Part shown: piece by piece, positions 28,160 through 37,474 of the stretch
How the letters are laid out: every line of letters starts with the position of its first letter
Position numbering within the stretch: the first letter of the stretch is position 1
DNA from: Candidatus Shapirobacteria bacterium
Lineage (GTDB): Bacteria > Patescibacteriota > Microgenomatia > UBA12405
Length of the DNA stretch: 64,000 nt
Assembly (NCBI GenBank): GCA_018062705.1
Contig: JAGORQ010000002.1
Span: 7,450 to 71,449 of the forward strand
Direction: 5' to 3'
Translations under genes and position numbers: made by a program
The notes under the pieces: model-generated
The model's input: only the letters and a program-made list of their open reading frames with translations
What the model was told of the DNA's origin: nothing
The model's database searches: none

Positions 28160-30109
28160 ATGAATTATAAGACAGTAAAACCAGTCATGACAAGGCGTGA
28201 AGGCTGGTTTTATACCTTCTTGGTTGTATCCTGGTTGATATCCGTATTATATTTTTGGATCTGGTGGCTCAATCCGTCTAATATAATTTCCTCTTATGGG
28301 CTGATAGTTAACAGCTTGCTTGTTTCTTGGACAATGCTTATGCCGGGGTACTATTTTTACTTTGTTTCAAAGATGAAAGAACCAACTTTTCCAAAAACTC
28401 TACCAAAAAAATGGCGAGTAGCCATGATTGTTACTAAGGCGCCAGCTGAGCCGTTGTCGATGGTAAAGAAGACACTTCTAGCAATGATAAGTCAAAAATA
28501 TCCACACGATACCTGGGTAGCCGACGAGGATCCGACAATAGAGGCTATTGCCTGGTACGAAAAACATAACGTAAAACTTTCTACCAGAAAAGGGGTACCT
28601 GATTATCACCAGAACAGTTGGCCAAGAAGAACCAAATGTAAAGAGGGGAATTTGGCGTATTTTTATGACAAGTTCGGCTATAGCCAATACGATATAGTTT
28701 GCCAACTAGACGCAGACCATGTGCCCCAAAAAGACTATTTAGAGCATATGATAAGTCCGTTTGTTGAAGAGGATGTGGGTTATGTTGCCGGACCAAGTAT
28801 TTGTGATGCAAATATAGATGTTAGTTGGGTTGTTCGGGCGAGAATGTATGCTGAGGCAACGATGCACGGGAGTCTACAGGCAGGCTACAATAGTGAGGGT
28901 TGGGCACCACTCTGCATTGGTTCACATTATGCAGTTAGAACTGTTGCCTTAAGGCAAATAGGTGGAATCGGACCAGAATTAGCTGAAGATCACACTACTA
29001 CCCTAATGATGAATTCAAATGGCTGGAGGGGTGTTTTTGCATTTAATGCAATTGCTCGAGGTGATGGAGCCACCAATTTTAGTGACAGTATGTTGCAGGA
29101 GTTTCAGTGGTCAAAAAGCCTAGTTATAGTCCTCTTGTCAATTACAAAAAAGTACTGGAATGGATTAACCCCAAAACTAAAATTTCAATTTGCTTTTTCA
29201 CAGTTGTGGTACCCACTCTTTGCGTTTTGTATGCTGACATCCTACCTTCTTCCTCTAATTGCAATTATTCGTGGTCAACCTTGGGTCAATGTAAATTATC
29301 TAGAATTTGTCCTTCACAATTTTTTGTCCAGCTCAATTTGCATTCTAATTGTTTGGTGGATTTCGTCAAAAGGCTGGCTCCGTCCCAAATATGCCAAATT
29401 TATCTCTTGGGAGACAATATTATTTCAACTTGCACGCTGGCCATGGGTTTTAATTGCCTGTATTAGTGCAATAATCTGTGTAGTTTTCAAAAGAGAGTTC
29501 AAAATCAAGGTAACACCCAAGTCATCGACAGTTACAACTTTACCGATAAAAATAACAACTCCTTACTTCATACTAACTGCTTTACCCATTATAGTTATTT
29601 GCTTAAGCAAAGATACACCCTCAAACAGAGGCTATTTCTATCTAGCGCTCACAAGTGCTTTTTCTTACGGGCTTCTTTTAATAAACATCAATTGGTTGCA
29701 CATCAAAAATATATTAAGGGATGGCGAAAAAATAAGAATTATCGATTGGTGGCCTCAATTTTATCTAGGTAGTTTTGCCGCGTTTTTGCTATTTTTTGGT
29801 GCTTATCAACGTGGACAAACAGCGATTTTGGCTACTTTCTTTAGCGCTTCACCCGATTATTATTTAGCTTCTAGTTATAGTGCAAACCTTACAAAACAGC
29901 CAAAAAATAGCCAAAAATTAAAAATCTATACAATAAAAAGTGGCGACAATCTTTGGAATTTGTCAGTTAAAGAGTATCAAAATGGTAGTTGTTGGAAGGA
30001 AGTTCACAAGGTTAATCAAGACAAGATAAAATCTACTTCAAGCATCAAAATCGGCACTAAAATACTTCTTCCAAACATAAATGGGAATATCAGTGCTTTT
30101 TGTAAGTAG
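28160..30109 (+). CDS. cellulose-synthase-like processive GT2 with C-terminal LysM domain
   Basis: QLDADH, AEDHTTT, QEFQWSKS (QxxRW variant); multiple TM; LysM: YTIKSGDNLWNLS...IKIGTKILLP. Confidence 0.75.
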   Translation: MNYKTVKPVMTRREGWFYTFLVVSWLISVLYFWIWWLNPSNIISSYGLIVNSLLVSWTMLMPGYYFYFVSKMKEPTFPKTLPKKWRVAMIVTKAPAEPLSMVKKTLLAMISQKYPHDTWVADEDPTIEAIAWYEKHNVKLSTRKGVPDYHQNSWPRRTKCKEGNLAYFYDKFGYSQYDIVCQLDADHVPQKDYLEHMISPFVEEDVGYVAGPSICDANIDVSWVVRARMYAEATMHGSLQAGYNSEGWAPLCIGSHYAVRTVALRQIGGIGPELAEDHTTTLMMNSNGWRGVFAFNAIARGDGATNFSDSMLQEFQWSKSLVIVLLSITKKYWNGLTPKLKFQFAFSQLWYPLFAFCMLTSYLLPLIAIIRGQPWVNVNYLEFVLHNFLSSSICILIVWWISSKGWLRPKYAKFISWETILFQLARWPWVLIACISAIICVVFKREFKIKVTPKSSTVTTLPIKITTPYFILTALPIIVICLSKDTPSNRGYFYLALTSAFSYGLLLININWLHIKNILRDGEKIRIIDWWPQFYLGSFAAFLLFFGAYQRGQTAILATFFSASPDYYLASSYSANLTKQPKNSQKLKIYTIKSGDNLWNLSVKEYQNGSCWKEVHKVNQDKIKSTSSIKIGTKILLPNINGNISAFCK

Positions 30110-30112
30110 TAT

Positions 30113-31279
30113 TTACTGCACCACGCTCTTGAAGGCATCGAGTGAATCAGTCGAAGACCAAATTAGCCAGTTCTTTTCTTTGTTTTCATTAAACCAAATC
30201 CAACCTTGAACTTTTGGATGTTTGTAGACCTCTTGCCCTAGTCCGGTTCTAATCCAATTACCTTTTTCTGAACCTTCTGCACTTGCAGTTGAAAAAATCA
30301 TAATTGGCTTGTTCATTGTTTCTAGTTTTGATAACCCCGAGGCAAACACTTGAGCAAAACTCATCCAGGGTGAACCAAAATTGAATCCATTAGTTCCTAC
30401 TATGTCAACATAAGCATCTCCGGGGTAATAGTCTGTGAATTGGTTCCCTGGCACATTTGGGTCTGAGTCACTGTTAATTGTCCAGGCAAACTTTACATTG
30501 GCAACATCATTAAAATACCCTCGTACATATCTATAAGCCGCAATATGTTTGGCGGGTGTATTACCATTAACTGTTCCTCCCCATGGGTACCAGTTGCCGT
30601 TCATTTCTTCAAACGGAATCAAAATCACTTGCCCTCCAAAGTTTCTGGCTTGATTGGCAAAACTTGTCAAATATGCGTTCCAATCACCCCGCAAAATCGC
30701 ATCATAATTAAACCTAGTATCGTTTACCCCATTAAAGTTGTAGTCCATCGCCTCCCAAAAAATCACCAAGGTTTGACCTCGAGATTTAGCCAAGTTACCC
30801 AAATCCAAAGGTAGTGCATTTTCGTTGCCCCAGTGGACAAAAGTTGCCAAATAATTCCCCACCTTGCCTACTCGAGCCTCCAAGTCTTTCACTTGGGTTG
30901 TAGTCCAGCCAGTGTAGTAACCCCATTTCATCCCAGCGCTAGTTCCACCACCGGTTGGTACCAGAGTCGGCGTGTTTGAAGGCTTAATCGTTGGTGTGGC
31001 GGTTGGTCTTGGAGTAGCTGTACTGGTTGGTCGAATTGTGACTGTTGGCTTAACCGTTGGTGAGGCGGTTATCTTAGCTGTTACAGTTGCTGTGATTGAT
31101 GCAATCACAGTGGGAATAGTTGTCAGTCTCGGTGTCATAGTCGGTGTCCATTTACGTTTGTTCCAGTTTCTCGCCCCCAAAACATTAGTGGTTGGGTTGT
31201 AAATTATTTTCAAAGTTGTCAATAATCCAACTAAAAACAACGCCGAAACAATGGCAATAAATACATGCTTTTTCTCCAT
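30113..31279 (-). CDS. membrane-anchored GH26-like glycoside hydrolase with T/P-rich linker
   Basis: VILIPFEEMNGNWYPW, YVDIVGTNGF; N-terminal TM. Confidence 0.55.
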   Translation of the reverse strand: MEKKHVFIAIVSALFLVGLLTTLKIIYNPTTNVLGARNWNKRKWTPTMTPRLTTIPTVIASITATVTAKITASPTVKPTVTIRPTSTATPRPTATPTIKPSNTPTLVPTGGGTSAGMKWGYYTGWTTTQVKDLEARVGKVGNYLATFVHWGNENALPLDLGNLAKSRGQTLVIFWEAMDYNFNGVNDTRFNYDAILRGDWNAYLTSFANQARNFGGQVILIPFEEMNGNWYPWGGTVNGNTPAKHIAAYRYVRGYFNDVANVKFAWTINSDSDPNVPGNQFTDYYPGDAYVDIVGTNGFNFGSPWMSFAQVFASGLSKLETMNKPIMIFSTASAEGSEKGNWIRTGLGQEVYKHPKVQGWIWFNENKEKNWLIWSSTDSLDAFKSVVQ

Positions 31280-31370
31280 TGATCTATTATATCAGACCTT
31301 CCACTTGACAACTACATCTGTAGTAAAGTTAACATACACCTAGCCCCCACTTTATATTTTCGCGTCAACT

Positions 31371-32705
31371 ATGCGGTCAAAAAATCTTTCCGTACTGTCT
31401 TTTGCCCTAGTAGCTGCCGGTGCGATGTTTACCCCCGCTCCCGCCCAAGCCTTCGACTTTGGCCAGTTTGTCGGGTCTTTTTGGAATCATTCCATCAATC
31501 CACCAGCCGTTACTCTGTGTATTAAAAATTCTGGTGCAGTGTATGTAGTTGGGGAGGGCTTTAGAAAAGCCGATTGTAAAAAAAATGATCAGTTAATTAG
31601 CTTAAATCTCAAAGGCGCCACTGGCGACAAAGGTCCCACAGGCAATCCGGGGCCTGCCGGTCCCCAGGGTCCAGCCGGTGTTCCAGGTATTGCCGGTCCC
31701 CAGGGCGACAAGGGTGCCACTGGCGATCAGGGAAGTGCTGGTCCCGCTGGTCCTCAGGGTTTAGTTGGTGATCAGGGGCCTTTAGGTCTAAAAGGTGCTA
31801 CCGGTAATCAGGGACCCCAGGGCGACAAAGGTCCTGTCGGCGACCAAGGTCCTGCTGGCCCGGCTGGTCCTCAGGGTGCAGAAGGACCACAGGGTGCTGT
31901 TGGTCCCCAGGGTCCAGCTGGCCCTGGCGGTATTGATGGAAATATAGGACCTATTGGTCCTGTTGGTCCTGCTGGCCCCCAAGGACCTATCGGTCCCCAA
32001 GGTGATGTTGGCCCTATGGGCGCCACCGGCCCCCAGGGTCCCCAGGGTGACACTGGTGCCAAGGGAGAAGTGGGCGACAAAGGTGATACCGGAGCTGTTG
32101 GTGAACAGGGCGCCACCGGTCCCCAAGGACCCGAGGGCAAGCAAGGCCCCCAGGGTTCAAAAGGTGATCAAGGCGATCAAGGTCCCCAGGGACTAACAGG
32201 CAATAATGGTCAAAACGGCCAAGATGGCAAATCAGCCTATGATCTGGCCAAAGAAAATGGATATACCGAAGATATTACTGAATGGCTCCTCAGTTTCAAG
32301 GGTGAAAAGGGCAAAGACGGCACAAACGGTCAGGATGGCGCTCAGGGTATTGAAGGACCACGCGGTCTTCCTGGAGTCGCCGGTCTTCAAGGTGATATCG
32401 GACCTATTGGTCCTGCTGGTGCCAACGGTACCAATGGTGTTAGTGGTTGGGAAATCAAATTTAGTACTGTTTCCAGTGATGATGAATTGCTAAAAACAAA
32501 AGTAGCAGATTGCACTGCTGGCAAAAAAGTGATCGGTGGCGGATTCAAAACCATTGATGCAAGCGACTCAAGCGAAATCGTCGTCACCAATAACTATCCT
32601 CTCGATGGCGATTCTTGGACTGCTACTGCTGGCATCGATAGTAGCTCAGGTGGTGATCAGAGTTTTGCTTTACAAACATATGCCATCTGCATCTCCGCTC
32701 TGTAA
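31371..32705 (+). CDS. collagen-like (G-X-Y repeat) secreted protein with C-terminal globular domain
   Basis: About 230 aa of uninterrupted GXY triplets (GPQGPAGVPGIAGPQGDKG...); signal peptide; 110-aa non-collagen C-terminus. Confidence 0.8.
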   Translation: MRSKNLSVLSFALVAAGAMFTPAPAQAFDFGQFVGSFWNHSINPPAVTLCIKNSGAVYVVGEGFRKADCKKNDQLISLNLKGATGDKGPTGNPGPAGPQGPAGVPGIAGPQGDKGATGDQGSAGPAGPQGLVGDQGPLGLKGATGNQGPQGDKGPVGDQGPAGPAGPQGAEGPQGAVGPQGPAGPGGIDGNIGPIGPVGPAGPQGPIGPQGDVGPMGATGPQGPQGDTGAKGEVGDKGDTGAVGEQGATGPQGPEGKQGPQGSKGDQGDQGPQGLTGNNGQNGQDGKSAYDLAKENGYTEDITEWLLSFKGEKGKDGTNGQDGAQGIEGPRGLPGVAGLQGDIGPIGPAGANGTNGVSGWEIKFSTVSSDDELLKTKVADCTAGKKVIGGGFKTIDASDSSEIVVTNNYPLDGDSWTATAGIDSSSGGDQSFALQTYAICISAL

Positions 32706-32736
32706 AAATAAAGAAAAATTTTTATAAAAATAATAT

Positions 32737-32777
32737 TCCCCCTCCCAAATCTGGGAGGGGCAGAGGTGGGTGATTTT
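32737..32777. repeat. R3-like hairpin after the collagen-like gene
   Basis: tccccctcccaaatctgggaggggcagaggtgggtgatttt. Confidence 0.6.
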
Positions 32778-32840
32778 GTCTTATTCCTAAATCATAAATC
32801 TTATTTCTTAAATCTTTGTCTAAATTTTGTTATTCTTAAT
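32778..32840. repeat. R5 TCTTAAATCT-type repeat (extended copy) upstream of the CAP gene
   Basis: gtcttattcctaaatcataaatcttatttcttaaatctttgtc... Confidence 0.65.
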
Positions 32841-32842
32841 AT

Positions 32843-33700
32843 GTGAAATTCCACTGGCATCATTTATTTGTCCCTCACGAACACAACAACCACCGCGCTT
32901 GGCTACTCCAACCCTACGCTATCGGTTTGTTTATCGCCGTCTATTTACTCAACCAATCCTTTATTAAATCACTGACCATCATTCGTCCGGGAGTTCTCGG
33001 CTATTCCTCTGAAATTACCCCTCAAAAAGTTTTTGATGACACCAATATTGAACGAGAGAAGCAGGGTTTGCCAGCTCTTAAATACAACCCCGCCCTGTCC
33101 GTTTCCGCCACCAAAAAAGCCCAAGACATGTTTCGTAATAATTATTGGGCTCACACCTCTCCTACCGGCACCACTCCTTGGGACTTTTTCAAAGCCGAAA
33201 ATTACCAATATTCAGTTGCTGGTGAAAACCTCGCCAAAGATTTTTACGACACTGATGGAATGATGAAAGCGTGGATGAATTCACCGACTCATCGGGCAAA
33301 TATAGTTTCTGGCAAATATCTAGAAATTGGCATTGGTGTGGTCAACGGTATCCTCAACGGCGTTCAAACCACCCTGGTGGTTCAACATTTCGCCACTCCT
33401 CTGGCCATAATAGGCAACGAACCTGCCCCCACCGATTATCAACGCGCTTCGCAATTTTTAGCCAATCAAAAAGTTTTGGCCGACACCAGTGTTGGTCGGC
33501 CCATTATCAGTCCTCTCAAAATTAGCCAAATAATCGGCGTAATTATGTTTGTAATAATTATTGGCACCTTAATTGTTGATGCCTATGTTAGCCTCACTCG
33601 CCAAACTCCTCGGCTTACCGGCTCGTCCTACGGTCACGTCGGCTATCTTTTTATAATACTTATCTTATTAATTGCCTCTCGACAGGGAATAATTTTTTAA
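32843..33700 (+). CDS. CAP/SCP (YkwD-like) domain protein with TM anchors
   Basis: YWAHTSPTG...VAGENLA...WMNSPTHRANIVSGKYLEIGIGV; GTG start. Confidence 0.7.
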   Translation: MKFHWHHLFVPHEHNNHRAWLLQPYAIGLFIAVYLLNQSFIKSLTIIRPGVLGYSSEITPQKVFDDTNIEREKQGLPALKYNPALSVSATKKAQDMFRNNYWAHTSPTGTTPWDFFKAENYQYSVAGENLAKDFYDTDGMMKAWMNSPTHRANIVSGKYLEIGIGVVNGILNGVQTTLVVQHFATPLAIIGNEPAPTDYQRASQFLANQKVLADTSVGRPIISPLKISQIIGVIMFVIIIGTLIVDAYVSLTRQTPRLTGSSYGHVGYLFIILILLIASRQGIIF

Positions 33701-33701
33701 C

Positions 33702-33965
33702 ATGACTATTTTTCAGGAAATCAAATCAAAACCAACGGTCTACATCACTATATCGCTAATATTTATTACTGGGGCAATAACTTTTTTACTCTTCGCCCAC
33801 AATCCTCATGCCCAGCGCAACATTGTGTATGCCACCGGTGGCTCATATTTTCTCTGGAGTTTACTTCACCATTATCATCGTGGCGACCTGGCCCTCTCCA
33901 TCATCATCGAATATCTTCTCTTCATCCTCTTCGGCATTCTTGTTCTATCTTCCACCTTGATCTAA
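33702..33965 (+). CDS. small membrane protein, hypothetical
   Basis: 87 aa, 2-3 TM. Confidence 0.5.
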   Translation: MTIFQEIKSKPTVYITISLIFITGAITFLLFAHNPHAQRNIVYATGGSYFLWSLLHHYHRGDLALSIIIEYLLFILFGILVLSSTLI

Positions 33966-33969
33966 TTTT

Positions 33970-34006
33970 GCCTTATTCTTACATCTTAAATCTTACTTCT
34001 TAGGTC
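33970..34006. repeat. R5 repeat
   Basis: ccttattcttacatcttaaatcttacttcttaggtct. Confidence 0.65.
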
Positions 34007-34712
34007 TAGTTTGTTCCCCTTGCCACTCTTCTATCTTCTTCGGATCCCCACTAAGCAGTACCTCGGGCACTTTTTTTCCATTAAACTCCGCCGGTCGAGT
34101 ATATTGAGCATATTCAATATAGCCTTCCTTACTGTGGCTTTCATCCTCACTGGACACATCTTTTCCCAACACTCCGGCTTGGAGTCGGGTCACACTATCG
34201 ATAATTACCATTGCTGGAATTTCTCCGCCGGTCAGTACATAGTCACCTATCGATATTTCCTCATCTACCAATGAACTTACTCGCTCGTCAAACCCTTCAT
34301 AATGACCACAAATAATGATCAAATTGTCATATTTTGCCAGTCTCTTGGCATCTTCTTGGGTATATCTTTTCCCCCTAGCACTCGTTAGTATAATTCTCCG
34401 TGTAGGGGGTTTTGACTGAATGTCATTCCCGCGTAGGCGGGAATCTATATTATTATTTTTTTCATTAGTAATTAGTAATTGGTCATTAGTAATTGATGTA
34501 ATTGCTTTTGCAATTACATCAACCCGTATCAGCATTCCCACCCCACCCCCATACGGTTTATCATCCACCGCTCCATAGCTATTCCACGCCCACTGACGCA
34601 TATCATGAGTCTTAAGTTCCAAAATAATTTTATCCACCGCCCGCTTCATCATGCTCTCAGCCATAGGGGATTCAAACATTTTGGGGAACAATGTCACCAC
34701 ATCAATTTTCAT
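33993..34712 (-). CDS. trmD: tRNA (guanine37-N1)-methyltransferase TrmD with in-frame insertion of about 25 aa encoded by a hairpin repeat
   Basis: MKIDVVTLFPKMFE...YGGGVGML...IICGHYEGFDERV...GDYVLTGGE; the insert ITNDQLLITNEKNNNIDSRLRGNDIQSKPP spans about 34405-34497. Confidence 0.85.
   Translation of the reverse strand: MKIDVVTLFPKMFESPMAESMMKRAVDKIILELKTHDMRQWAWNSYGAVDDKPYGGGVGMLIRVDVIAKAITSITNDQLLITNEKNNNIDSRLRGNDIQSKPPTRRIILTSARGKRYTQEDAKRLAKYDNLIIICGHYEGFDERVSSLVDEEISIGDYVLTGGEIPAMVIIDSVTRLQAGVLGKDVSSEDESHSKEGYIEYAQYTRPAEFNGKKVPEVLLSGDPKKIEEWQGEQTRPKK
34425..34444. repeat. R6 hairpin inside trmD coding sequence
   Basis: attcccgcgtaggcgggaat, within the insertion-bearing segment. Confidence 0.55.
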
Positions 34713-34718
34713 AACTTA

Positions 34719-35663
34719 TTATCTCACTTGTGGCAATGCTGGTGTAATTTCAAGAGTGGCCTCACTGGATCTTGGTTTTAACTTCAAAAATACATTTCCA
34801 GAAACTATTTCATTTGAATATTGTAGTTTTGTACCAGTCAATCCTTCACCCAATCTAAAAGGAACCGTATATGTTGTTTCCAAATTAAGTCGGCCATAAT
34901 TAAGTACTGCTAGAGTAGTCGCCGCCGTACAACCAACAGGCTCACTCACATCGTTTCCTTGACCTGTAGGATCGTTAACTACCCAAATCATATTGTTTGC
35001 GTCCTCTCGACTAAATCCACCCCCTCTTATCTCTTCTGCATACAAAGATATCTCGGCAAACCTTCCTTCAAATACATCATCTGTGGAAGTGGAACTACGA
35101 ATACTAGTCGGTTGAATAAAAGTAACCAAGTCATATTTTTTCAAATAAGCTGTTTTATAAGCACGACTTATTAACTCTCTGTTAAATTTAGCTAATTTAG
35201 GATTGTTCTGTTCTTGCGACCTAACTTGGTAGACCTTTGATGACGGGACACCACGGTCAGACATCACAACTATTCGAGTAGACACAGTTGATCTAAATAT
35301 ATTTTCCGCAACATCTGAGCCAAACATGTCCCCTTCAAATATTAATTCTTGAAGTTTTCTCCTGGCCATCATAAAAACCGCCAACTGTTCTCGGGTATCA
35401 TCCCCAGCAAACCCTCCCTTTAAAAAATGTCTTGCGTCTAGATCACCCGGCACGCAATCAAGTCTTAATCGGGGAGGTTCCGCAGTAGTATATAAGTCAG
35501 CCATCTTATAAAAATTAAGTGCAGATAGTTCTGCAGCTTTTTGGGAAATAAATGTTTTACCGCCACCATTAGGTCCTTCATTGACAGTGTACAAAATTTT
35601 TTTATTACCATTCAATCTTGGCTTTTCTATAAGTTCTTTTTCAAAAAACTCCAAAAATGTCAT
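34719..35663 (-). CDS. P-loop kinase, thymidylate-kinase-like N-terminal domain plus unknown C-terminal domain (putative)
   Basis: NEGPNGGGKT Walker A; TTAEPP and DARHF resemble dTMP kinase motifs. Confidence 0.35.
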   Translation of the reverse strand: MTFLEFFEKELIEKPRLNGNKKILYTVNEGPNGGGKTFISQKAAELSALNFYKMADLYTTAEPPRLRLDCVPGDLDARHFLKGGFAGDDTREQLAVFMMARRKLQELIFEGDMFGSDVAENIFRSTVSTRIVVMSDRGVPSSKVYQVRSQEQNNPKLAKFNRELISRAYKTAYLKKYDLVTFIQPTSIRSSTSTDDVFEGRFAEISLYAEEIRGGGFSREDANNMIWVVNDPTGQGNDVSEPVGCTAATTLAVLNYGRLNLETTYTVPFRLGEGLTGTKLQYSNEIVSGNVFLKLKPRSSEATLEITPALPQVR

Positions 35664-35707
35664 CCACAGGATTATACAAAATCATTTACCGATGTATACT
35701 AATTAAT

Positions 35708-36913
35708 ATGAAAACCCACCAAACTGCCGTCATCGTCATCCCCACCTACAACGAAGCTGGGAGCATTGGTGAAATGATTGACTATCTCTGCACCAAAACT
35801 ATTCCCGAAATTGAGGCCAAAAAGCACGGTCTCACTGCCGACTGGCGTATAAAAATATTGGTCGTCGACGGTAACTCACCCGATGGTACTGGCAAAATTG
35901 TCGAATCCAAGGCCAAAAAATATTCCGAAGTCCATCTGTTTACTGAGACATCCAAAGACGGTATCGGTGCCGCCTATCTCAAAGGTTTCAAGTATGCCAT
36001 GGAGAAGCTCGGTGCCGATTTTCTTTTCGAGTTTGATGGTGATTTTCAACACCCTCCCGAAACTATTCCACCAATGCTTCTGGCTATGGAACAGGGGTAC
36101 GACTATGTCATCGGTTCCCGCAAAATTGAGGGTGGTAGCAACCCCAAGGGTTGGGGATTCAAACGAGTTTTCTTTTCCGAGGTAGGTGGTTTTACTGCTC
36201 GAGTTATTCTTTTCTTCCCTTTCAAAAACTTTTTCAAAGTCACCGATCCTACTACTGGTCTCAAGGTGACCCGTGTCAAAGGTTTTGCCGACCATCTCAA
36301 CCTCAGTTTTTCTCATCTCTACACCAAAAGTTTTGGTTACAAACTTCAGTTGTTGTTTGAGACATTGGCCCTCGGCGCCAAATTCAAAGAAGTTCCTCTC
36401 GAATTTCATGTCCGCAATGCTGATGAATCCAAAATCGAACCTCAAACCGCCAAAGACATTTTTCGAGTGGCTATAATCACTCGTTGGCATGATGAATTTA
36501 TTCAAAAATTCCTCAAATTCGGTATCGTCGGTGGTGCTGGTTTTGTGGTCAACGTTGTCGGTGCCAAGATTTTTAAATCACTCATGCTTACCCCCACTTC
36601 AAATCTCAGTTATCTAAATGGCATTAGTAACGCTATGGCGTCAGAGCTCGCCATCATCTCCAATTTTATTTTCAACAATCTTTGGACTTTTGCTAAGGAC
36701 AAAATTACCTCCAAATCAGTTTTATTTTCCAAATTTCTCACTTTCAATTTTTCTTCGATAATCACTGGCATACTAATTCCATCGGTCGTTATCGGCATTC
36801 TCACCAGTCTCTTTGGCGACCGCTTATTTTTATATCAAATCATCGCCATCTTCGGACTGACTATTCCACTCAACTGGTTTGTCTACAATAAATTTATTTG
36901 GAAAAAAAAGTAA
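35708..36913 (+). CDS. polyprenol-phosphate glycosyltransferase (GT2, DPM1/GtrB-like) fused to GtrA-like membrane domain
   Basis: VIVIPTYNEAGSIGEMI...VVDGNSPDGT...FDGDFQHPPE; C-terminus FGIVGGAGFVVNV is GtrA-like; ATG 35708 preferred over the track 35657. Confidence 0.75.
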   Translation: MKTHQTAVIVIPTYNEAGSIGEMIDYLCTKTIPEIEAKKHGLTADWRIKILVVDGNSPDGTGKIVESKAKKYSEVHLFTETSKDGIGAAYLKGFKYAMEKLGADFLFEFDGDFQHPPETIPPMLLAMEQGYDYVIGSRKIEGGSNPKGWGFKRVFFSEVGGFTARVILFFPFKNFFKVTDPTTGLKVTRVKGFADHLNLSFSHLYTKSFGYKLQLLFETLALGAKFKEVPLEFHVRNADESKIEPQTAKDIFRVAIITRWHDEFIQKFLKFGIVGGAGFVVNVVGAKIFKSLMLTPTSNLSYLNGISNAMASELAIISNFIFNNLWTFAKDKITSKSVLFSKFLTFNFSSIITGILIPSVVIGILTSLFGDRLFLYQIIAIFGLTIPLNWFVYNKFIWKKK

Positions 36914-36946
36914 ATTATTATTTTTTTTAGTTATTTCTCCCTTTTT

Positions 36947-36989
36947 CAAGGGGAGATGTCCCGAAAGCTTTCGGGACAGAGGGGTTTTA
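36947..36989. repeat. R3-like double hairpin
   Basis: ctccctttttcaaggggagatgtcccgaaagctttcgggacagaggggtttta. Confidence 0.55.
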
Positions 36990-36990
36990 A

Positions 36991-37473
36991 ATGACAATTA
37001 CTCATCATCAAGTCAATCAGCCAGGTCCTACCGACAAAATATATTTCTATCCCAAAGAGTATTATGTTTTCGACAATTTCTCTTCATTCCAAGTGGAATG
37101 GCAAGGAGTTCTTTGGCCCACCTCCGAACATGCTTTTCAAGCGGTTGGCTTTTTTGACACCGCACCAGATGTTTACGAAAAAATAAAATTAACTCGATCA
37201 GCCCACGATGCTCAAAAAATTGCTCATGAAAATAAAGATAAGTTGCCTGCAGAATGGGATAAAATTAATGTCGGCATTATGATGGATATTTTGCGTCACA
37301 AAATTGACCAACATCCTTACGTTCTCAAAAAACTTCTTCAATCAGGCGATAGAGAAATCATCGAAGACTCCTGGCGCGATCCTGTTTGGGGTTGGGGTGA
37401 ACATCAAGATGGTCAAAATCTGCTTGGCAAAATCTGGATGGAATTGCGAAAGGAATATCAATCCAAAAAATAA
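36991..37473 (+). CDS. NADAR (YbiA-like, DUF1768) domain protein
   Basis: FYPKEYYVFDNFSSFQVEW...WPTSEHAFQA...WGWGEHQDGQNLLGKIWMELR. Confidence 0.8.
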   Translation: MTITHHQVNQPGPTDKIYFYPKEYYVFDNFSSFQVEWQGVLWPTSEHAFQAVGFFDTAPDVYEKIKLTRSAHDAQKIAHENKDKLPAEWDKINVGIMMDILRHKIDQHPYVLKKLLQSGDREIIEDSWRDPVWGWGEHQDGQNLLGKIWMELRKEYQSKK

Positions 37474-37474
37474 T

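Noticed and set aside
31280-31370. Promoter call upstream of the collagen-like gene (TTAACA-17-TTATAT or TTGACA with short spacer)
   Set aside because: The region is AT-rich and several weak alternatives exist. Confidence is too low to list as a feature.
34405-34520. Intein or intron in trmD
   Set aside because: The insert is only about 25 aa with no intein motifs and no splice signals. It is read through in frame.
35876-36505. 209-aa minus-strand ORF and other internal ORFs (35883..36185, 36103..36300-, 36151..36360, 36273..36476, 36610..36804-) inside the GT2-GtrA gene
   Set aside because: They are embedded in a gene with clear GT2 and GtrA motifs on the plus strand.
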